From the NCBI GenBank assembly GCA_963422365.1, contig OY729426.1:800001-864000 (forward strand): a DNA stretch of 64,000 nucleotides, given 5' to 3'. This document shows positions 57,751-64,000 of the stretch, piece after piece. A program made the position numbers and the translations under genes. Within the stretch, counting starts at the first letter, position 1; the number at the start of each line of letters is the position of its first letter. Source of the stretch: Nitrospirales bacterium (GTDB lineage Bacteria; Nitrospirota; Nitrospiria; Nitrospirales; UBA8639). The notes under the pieces were generated by a model. The model saw only the letters and a program-made list of their open reading frames with translations, did no database searches and was not told the origin of the DNA.

Positions 57751-58188
57751 ATGAAAGGGCGAGTGCTTGCCGTAACAGCCAAGCTGTCCATTCCGGAACA
57801 GGAGCTCCAATTTCGCGCGTCACGTAGCAGTGGTCCGGGAGGCCAAAATGTCAACAAGGTGAATACACGCGTGATGTTGCATTTTGACTTCAAGCGTTCT
57901 CCATCGTTGACAGCCAGGGAAAAATCCCTGCTCAGCAGAAAACTCAAAACTCGGATCAACAAGGAGGGGATGTTCTATTTGTATGCTCAACGAGCTTCGA
58001 GTCAGGCGATGAATCGAGCCGATTTGCTTCAGAAGTTTTGCCGGCTTCTTCACGAAGCTCTGACTCCACAAAAGATCCGAAAAAAGACTCAGATCTCTCA
58101 AAATTCCATTGCGAAGCGATTGGATCAAAAAAAACGGCGAGGACGGGTCAAGCTATTACGCCATCAGCTGGTCCGGATCGACGACTGA
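57751..58188 (+). CDS. arfB: Alternative ribosome rescue factor B
   Basis: RSSGPGGQNVNKV (GGQ), SQAMNR and basic C-terminal tail. Confidence 0.92.
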   Translation: MKGRVLAVTAKLSIPEQELQFRASRSSGPGGQNVNKVNTRVMLHFDFKRSPSLTAREKSLLSRKLKTRINKEGMFYLYAQRASSQAMNRADLLQKFCRLLHEALTPQKIRKKTQISQNSIAKRLDQKKRRGRVKLLRHQLVRIDD

Positions 58189-58227
58189 CCATTCACGGGA
58201 CTTGAGTCAACTGAAACGAGGTGTTTC

Positions 58228-60309
58228 GTGTCGCCAACCAACCAGGATGCGTCCTTCGGGTTATTGAATCCTCCTCTCGCCAAAACGATTCCCAGGATCA
58301 TGGAAAAGCATGGCCAGTCGCGGACGGATAATTATGCTTGGTTGTCCGAACGTGACAATCCCGACGTGCTGGCCTATCTCAGGGAAGAGAACGACTATGC
58401 TCAGGGAGTCATGGCCCACCGATTGAAGTTCGAGGAGACCCTTTTCACAGAGATCAAGGGGAGAATCAAACAAACCGACTCGTCTGTTCCCGACAAACTC
58501 GATGACTACTACTATTACACGAGCTATCAGGAAGGGAGAGAATATCCTCTGTACTGCCGAAAGCGGGAGACGTTAGAGGCCCCAGAAGAGATGATGTTAG
58601 ACGTAAACGTGTTGGCTGAGGGCCATGAATTTTTCTCCATTGGCGGGATGGCCGTAAGTTCTGCCCAGGATCTGCTCGCGTATGCGTTTGATACGCAAGG
58701 GAGACGCATGTACACGGTTCGATTCAAGAATGTGGCAACCGGTGAGTTGTTGGATGACGTTCTTGAACGGGTGACGGGAAACGTCGCCTGGGCAAATGAC
58801 AACAGGACGCTCTTTTATAGCAAACAAGACCCGAACACCCTGCGCGCGTTTCAAGTTTTTCGACATCAGTTAGGTCGCGACCCGTCTTCCGATGTGTTGG
58901 TGTTCGAAGAAGAGGACGAGACGTTTTCCACGGCTGTCTTGAAGACCAAATCGAAGCGGTACCTCATGATTGCTTCCTGTCAAACCGTGAGTACGGAGTA
59001 TCGCTATCTCTCAGCGGATCATCCCGACGGCGAATTTTCGGTGTTTTTTCCTCGTGAACGGTTTCATGAATATGACGTCGATCATTACCAGGACGCATTT
59101 TATATTCGCACCAACTGGGAGGCGAAGAACTTTCGCCTCATGAAGACGCCTCTTCATCAAACGAGCCGGTCATCGTGGCGAGACGTCCTTTTACCCCGCG
59201 ATGATGTCCTGCTTGAATCCTTTGAACTCTTTCGAGACTTCCTCGTAACGGAAGAGCGGCATCAGGGGTTGGTGCGGTTACGAATTATTCCGTGGAGTGG
59301 GGAAGACGAACATTATGTGGATTTTGGGGAGCCGACGTATTTAGCAGAGTTGGGAGAAAATCCTGATTTTGATACGTCGACCTTGCGGTACGTGTATACC
59401 TCCATGACAACGCCGGATTCCGTGTATGACTATGAGATGAACACCCACAACAAGGTTTTACTGAAACAAGAAGAGGTCGTAGGTGGGTTTGAGATCTCGC
59501 ACTATGCCACTGAACGAACTTGGGCTACGGCATTAGACGGAAAACAGATTCCGATTTCGTTGGTGTACCGAAAGAACCTTCAAAAACCTGAAGGGAATCC
59601 TCTCCTGCTGTATGGCTATGGCGCCTATGGGATGAGTCTGGATGCGAATTTTCGTTCTCCACGCTTAAGCCTTCTTGATCGTGGGTTCGTGTTTGCGATT
59701 GCGCATGTCCGAGGAGGGGGAGAGTTAGGCCGTGAATGGTATGAGACCGGAAAACTCTTTCACAAGAAAAATACGTTTACGGATTTTATCGCCTGTGCCG
59801 AACACCTGGTGCAAGAAGGCTATGCAACGTCAAAGCAAGTGTATGCAATGGGTGGCAGCGCCGGAGGGCTGCTCATGGGGGCGGTGGTCAATATGCGGCC
59901 TGATCTGTTTCATGGGGTGGTGGCACAAGTCCCATTTGTTGACGTCATGACCACGATGTTGGATTCGAAGATTCCCCTGACCACGGGAGAATACGATGAA
60001 TGGGGCGATCCTAACCAAAAAGAGTCTTACGAGTCTATCGCGTCCTATTCCCCTTATGATCAGGTCACGGCACAGGCCTACCCTCATTTACTGGTAACCA
60101 CGGCGCTCCATGATTCCCAAGTGCAATATTGGGAGCCTGCGAAATGGGTGGCCAAATTGCGTCGCGTGAAAACCAACCAGAACCGATTGTTCCTCAAAAC
60201 CAACATGGAGGCAGGCCATGGAGGGGCCTCGGGCCGATTTCAGCGATATCAAGAATTAGCATTCATCTACACCTTCCTCTTAGACTTGGCGAACTTGGCC
60301 GAAGGGTGA
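58228..60309 (+). CDS. ptrB: Oligopeptidase B (S9A)
   Basis: DNYAWL, YGYGAYG, GGSAGG, EYDEWGDP, DSQVQYWEPAKW and AGHGG motifs. Confidence 0.93.
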   Translation: MSPTNQDASFGLLNPPLAKTIPRIMEKHGQSRTDNYAWLSERDNPDVLAYLREENDYAQGVMAHRLKFEETLFTEIKGRIKQTDSSVPDKLDDYYYYTSYQEGREYPLYCRKRETLEAPEEMMLDVNVLAEGHEFFSIGGMAVSSAQDLLAYAFDTQGRRMYTVRFKNVATGELLDDVLERVTGNVAWANDNRTLFYSKQDPNTLRAFQVFRHQLGRDPSSDVLVFEEEDETFSTAVLKTKSKRYLMIASCQTVSTEYRYLSADHPDGEFSVFFPRERFHEYDVDHYQDAFYIRTNWEAKNFRLMKTPLHQTSRSSWRDVLLPRDDVLLESFELFRDFLVTEERHQGLVRLRIIPWSGEDEHYVDFGEPTYLAELGENPDFDTSTLRYVYTSMTTPDSVYDYEMNTHNKVLLKQEEVVGGFEISHYATERTWATALDGKQIPISLVYRKNLQKPEGNPLLLYGYGAYGMSLDANFRSPRLSLLDRGFVFAIAHVRGGGELGREWYETGKLFHKKNTFTDFIACAEHLVQEGYATSKQVYAMGGSAGGLLMGAVVNMRPDLFHGVVAQVPFVDVMTTMLDSKIPLTTGEYDEWGDPNQKESYESIASYSPYDQVTAQAYPHLLVTTALHDSQVQYWEPAKWVAKLRRVKTNQNRLFLKTNMEAGHGGASGRFQRYQELAFIYTFLLDLANLAEG

Positions 60310-60318
60310 GCCCGTCCC

Positions 60319-61572
60319 TTAACACATCGCGGCTAATTGCGCTTTCATCCCCGGCTCGCGAAGTTTGTTGAGAGCCAGGGCTTCGATTTGTCGAATCCGT
60401 TCACGCGTCACATTCATCAGTTTGCCCACTTCCTCAAGCGTTCGGGATTGTCCGTTGCCGATTCCGAACCGTAAGCGAATCACTTGTTCTTCTCGTGGCG
60501 TCAGGACCCCAAGAAGATGATTGAGGTGGGTCTTCATTTGTTTCTCTTGAATCTGTTCATCCGGCGGCAAAGCATTCTCATCCGGGATGCAGTCTCCCAG
60601 GAACTGTTCCCCGTCGGTATTGGGATGGTCAAAAGAAATCGGTTCCAAAAACGCTTGCGTCGTGTGGCGCATTCGTTCAGGATTGATGCCTAAGGCTAGG
60701 GCAATTTCCTGGTTGGAGGGCTCGCGGCCTAGCTGTTGAGCCAAACGGTGTGAGACTCTGATCATGCGTTGCCACGCTTCTGTCGTATGAACCGGAACCC
60801 GAATGGTTCGAGATTGGTCAGCCACGGCGCGTAGCATCCCCTGGCGTACCCACCACGTGGCATAGGTGCTGAATTTGAACCCTTTCCGGTATTGGAAGCG
60901 TTCGGCCGCACGCATCAATCCAATGTTCCCTTCTTGAATGAGATCCAAAAAACTCAGCCCGCGGCCCGTAAAACGTTTCGCAATACCAACGACAAGGCGG
61001 AGGTTCCGTTGAACCAACTCTTCCTTTGCTTGTTCCAATTGCCTACGGTCTGAGGCTAACTCGTCTTGAAGCCGTTGCAGCCGTTTTCCGAGCATGCGGG
61101 TTTTGAAGCTACGAATGGATGATACGGCGTTTCTGAGTCCGGACAAGCGTTCCTGTACTTCATCCAGAGCTGGAGCCGATAAGCCACTCAGGCCACGAAT
61201 TTCGGTCAGCGAGTGCAACACCTCATGAAACTCAGGCTTGTCGCCGAGAGCGCCAACGTATTGAATGGCTTGGGTGAGCACAGTCCGAATGCTTCGGCTC
61301 CTCTCGTCGATACGTTTGGCCAGTTCCAATTCCTCCCTTTGGTCTAGAAGGGGGCGCGATCGAAAGGTACGAAAATAGATGGGTTCGAGGGCGGCGTTTT
61401 TGGGTTCCTTGCCTTCATCTTTTTCGTCGCGCGAGCAATCCTCGCCCACGGTATCCAGCGTGGGACCACCGTCAGGGAAGCAATTTGAGACAAGAAACGT
61501 ACCTTTTGTCGAATTCCGATTCTTTCTCTTCTCGACATCGAACGGCTTGTTGGCGAGCATTATGTTGTTCAT
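60319..61572 (-). CDS. Sigma-70 family RNA polymerase sigma factor (RpoD/RpoS-like, no region 1.1)
   Basis: NLRLVVGIAK, DLIQEGNIGLM, KFSTYATWWVRQ, RTIRVPVH and VTRERIRQIE motifs. Confidence 0.93.
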   Translation of the reverse strand: MNNIMLANKPFDVEKRKNRNSTKGTFLVSNCFPDGGPTLDTVGEDCSRDEKDEGKEPKNAALEPIYFRTFRSRPLLDQREELELAKRIDERSRSIRTVLTQAIQYVGALGDKPEFHEVLHSLTEIRGLSGLSAPALDEVQERLSGLRNAVSSIRSFKTRMLGKRLQRLQDELASDRRQLEQAKEELVQRNLRLVVGIAKRFTGRGLSFLDLIQEGNIGLMRAAERFQYRKGFKFSTYATWWVRQGMLRAVADQSRTIRVPVHTTEAWQRMIRVSHRLAQQLGREPSNQEIALALGINPERMRHTTQAFLEPISFDHPNTDGEQFLGDCIPDENALPPDEQIQEKQMKTHLNHLLGVLTPREEQVIRLRFGIGNGQSRTLEEVGKLMNVTRERIRQIEALALNKLREPGMKAQLAAMC

Positions 61573-61620
61573 GGGGTTCTCCTTTCTTCACCACGATCGA
61601 TTGTCTTCCCTGCATGCTGG

Positions 61621-63150
61621 TTACACGTTGATCGTGAGAAACAGTGGCGTTCCTTGCCGCTGAATAAACAAGAGAATCGTTTGTTTGTTCGGTAAGGCCT
61701 TCACTGTTTGTCGAAATCCTTTCAACGATTGAACCGGTTCATGATTGATCTCGCGGATAATGTCACCTTGAACGAGTCCAGCCTCTTCGGCTTGGCTACC
61801 CACACGAATGTCCGTGACCACGACACCTGTGATGTGGCCGTTGACGCCGAGTCGTTTTGCCAGGCGTGGGGTGAGATCCTCCACGGTCAGCCCTGCCAGA
61901 CGGGAATCGGTATCCGGTTGCTGCGCGGACGCGATTTGTTGACCCATTGGATGCTCAATGATGGTCGTGCGCAAGGATTGTTCCTCTCCATCACGCACGA
62001 TCATGATCGTGACGTCGGTCCCAACACTGGTGGTGGTCACCGCCCGTTGTAAGTCCCTGGGATTGGCAATAGGCTGTTCTTGATAGCGAATGATGGTGTC
62101 CCCTCGTTGGAGTCCGGCACGGTCTGCCGGGCTTTCTGCACGGACCTCGGTCACGATGGCTCCGGCAGGGCGATCCAAGTGAAACGATTTGGCCAGCTCA
62201 GGGGTGACGCCTTGAATCCCGACGCCTAAGAATCCGCGGGTGACCTTTCCGGTCGTCACCAGGTTTGTATAGACGGATTGGCCTATGCTGGCGGGCACGG
62301 CAAACCCCACACCTTGGTATCCGCCCGTTCTTGAGAGAATGGCGGTGTTAATGCCGACTAATTCCCCACGCATGTTGACCAAGGCGCCGCCGGAGTTCCC
62401 GGGATTGATCGCCGCATCGGTTTGAATGAAATCTTCATACTGCGTGATGCCCATCCCGCCACGACCCTTGGCACTCACGATGCCTTGCGTGACGGTGGAG
62501 TGCAGCCCGAAAGGATTCCCGATCGCGAGGACGTAATCGCCGACGTCAAGTGTGGACGAATCGCCCCAAGGGATGAACGGGAGGTTGTCTCCTTGAATTT
62601 TAATCACAGACAAATCGGTTTGCGGGTCGCTCCCCACAATCGAACCGGTGAACTCTCGTTTATCAAGCATGGCCACAGTCACCGTTTTTGCGCCTTCGAT
62701 GACGTGATGGTTGGTGACCACGTACCCGTCAGGACTCACGATGACTCCAGAGCCCATCCCGCGAGGCTTTTGCCGTGGGTCGGGGAAAGGAGGCATCCCA
62801 AAGAAGTTTTTGCCCCGCGGGCCGTGGTTGAACCAATCGGGGCGGCCGGGAGTCTGGGAGAATCCCGTGTCCTTGACCCTGGAGGCCGTGATATTCACGA
62901 CGGCAGGCCTGGCCGCTTTGACAATGTGTGCAAATCCATGCCCGACCTGAAAATCAGGTTGGGCGGTCTGAGCAATAGCATGAGGCGTCGAAAGAGCGGA
63001 ATGTGTCGGAGATCCCACCGCGCCGGTTGAAAAAACGGCGACGAACATTCCCGAAAGGGCTAAGCCCATTGCGAGGCCGATCAGGACTTTTTTCTTGTCC
63101 TGCATCATGGTGAGCGCTGTGAGCGATGGTCCGTGGAATGGTTGTTTCAT
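61621..63150 (-). CDS. DegP/DegQ (HtrA) serine protease with two PDZ domains
   Basis: GSGVI, TNHHV, DLSVIKI, TDAAINPGNSGGAL and RGFLGV motifs. Confidence 0.95.
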   Translation of the reverse strand: MKQPFHGPSLTALTMMQDKKKVLIGLAMGLALSGMFVAVFSTGAVGSPTHSALSTPHAIAQTAQPDFQVGHGFAHIVKAARPAVVNITASRVKDTGFSQTPGRPDWFNHGPRGKNFFGMPPFPDPRQKPRGMGSGVIVSPDGYVVTNHHVIEGAKTVTVAMLDKREFTGSIVGSDPQTDLSVIKIQGDNLPFIPWGDSSTLDVGDYVLAIGNPFGLHSTVTQGIVSAKGRGGMGITQYEDFIQTDAAINPGNSGGALVNMRGELVGINTAILSRTGGYQGVGFAVPASIGQSVYTNLVTTGKVTRGFLGVGIQGVTPELAKSFHLDRPAGAIVTEVRAESPADRAGLQRGDTIIRYQEQPIANPRDLQRAVTTTSVGTDVTIMIVRDGEEQSLRTTIIEHPMGQQIASAQQPDTDSRLAGLTVEDLTPRLAKRLGVNGHITGVVVTDIRVGSQAEEAGLVQGDIIREINHEPVQSLKGFRQTVKALPNKQTILLFIQRQGTPLFLTINV

Positions 63151-63297
63151 GACGTCCTCCTTGATGAAATGGCGTTGACGCGTGTACGCATTGGTTGAAA
63201 TCGTTGTAACACCGAAACATGAAAATAAAATTAATCGTGGATTAAAAACTTCTAATCCACAAGGAGGAAAAGCAACCGAACCTAAGCAGGAGTTGCG

Positions 63298-64000
63298 TCA
63301 GGTGGCAGACAGGAGGGGAAGGGCAATCGTCAAACAGGACCCCCGGCCGAAGGTGCTGGTGACCTCAATGGTGCCGTGGTGTGCTTCGGCAATCCATTGA
63401 CAGATGGATAGGCCAAGGCCGGTGCCTTTTTGAGCATGCGCCCGTGCGGCATCGGTTCGATAAAATCGGTCGAAAATGAGACGTTGTTCCTCCGGCGTCA
63501 TACCGATGCCATTATCTTGGACCATAATCTGAGCCATCCCGTGGCGTTGCGTTACACTGAGTTGCACGGTTCCCTGTGGTGATGAATATTTGACAGCGTT
63601 GTCGACCACATTCAGGATCAGTTCTCGAAGCCGCCATTCGTCCCCCAACACTTGGAGCGGTTCGACTTGCCCGAGGGTCGTTTCGACCTGCTGATCTTGT
63701 CCGAGCACCATGGCTTGCAGTTGAATTTCTTGCACCAACGTATCGAGTTGCACGGGATCCGAAGCGACTTTCACCTCCCCGAGGTCGGCTCGTGAGAGAA
63801 AGAAGAGCTCTTCCACGATGCGACTCATCCGATCAATTTCTTCCAGATTGCTTTCCAGGGCTTCTCGGTAGACTTCAGGGGAACGAGGTTTTCGGAGAGC
63901 CAATTCGGTTTCACCCTTCGTGATCGTCAAGGGGGTGCGCAATTCATGCGAGGCATCGGCACTGAATTGACGGATTTGTCGAATCGAGGCTTCAAGTCTG
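63298..64000 (-). CDS. Two-component sensor histidine kinase, partial (5' end outside window)
   Basis: H-box FSADASHELRTPL, NVVDNAVKY, DNGIG, FDRFYR and GTGLGL motifs. Confidence 0.93.
   Translation of the reverse strand, partial: RLEASIRQIRQFSADASHELRTPLTITKGETELALRKPRSPEVYREALESNLEEIDRMSRIVEELFFLSRADLGEVKVASDPVQLDTLVQEIQLQAMVLGQDQQVETTLGQVEPLQVLGDEWRLRELILNVVDNAVKYSSPQGTVQLSVTQRHGMAQIMVQDNGIGMTPEEQRLIFDRFYRTDAARAHAQKGTGLGLSICQWIAEAHHGTIEVTSTFGRGSCLTIALPLLSAT

Overview
Bacterial chromosomal window of moderate GC, mostly housekeeping and envelope genes. Gene content resembles Nitrospirota/Nitrospirales and the osmolyte genes suggest a marine or saline habitat; both are inferences, not database results. 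In order: an SPL-like radical SAM gene; a TetR-OMF-MFP-RND efflux operon with a perfect 22-bp operator palindrome; a His/Glu-loop TonB receptor and hemD behind a 12-copy 17-bp tandem repeat; a VOC/MBL/RicT/DsrE cluster; a small accessory islet (DUF2335 pair, frameshifted lipoprotein); nth, rpsU and a three-part pnt operon; a decayed ParE/RelE toxin-antitoxin pair; a five-gene HEAT-repeat cluster led by a degenerate phosphodiesterase-fold gene and split by a glycine-betaine module (fused glycine/sarcosine/dimethylglycine methyltransferase plus BCCT carrier); ugd, tRNA-Gly, ChaN, CDGSH, an unannotated 57-aa membrane protein and tesA-ybbA-ybbP; a lipoprotein islet between ybbP (whose 3' end is duplicated) and tRNA-Leu; HAD, queE, pepA, nagZ and a tandem desulforedoxin-like protein; a junction between two 5'-truncated genes, one a high-GC autotransporter; hsp20, arfB, ptrB, a sigma-70 factor, a DegP/DegQ protease and a partial sensor kinase. 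No CRISPR array, integrase or transposase was seen. The best candidates for an undescribed system are the HEAT cluster (24953-35383) and the VOC/CmlA-like MBL/RicT/DsrE cluster (13806-17254).
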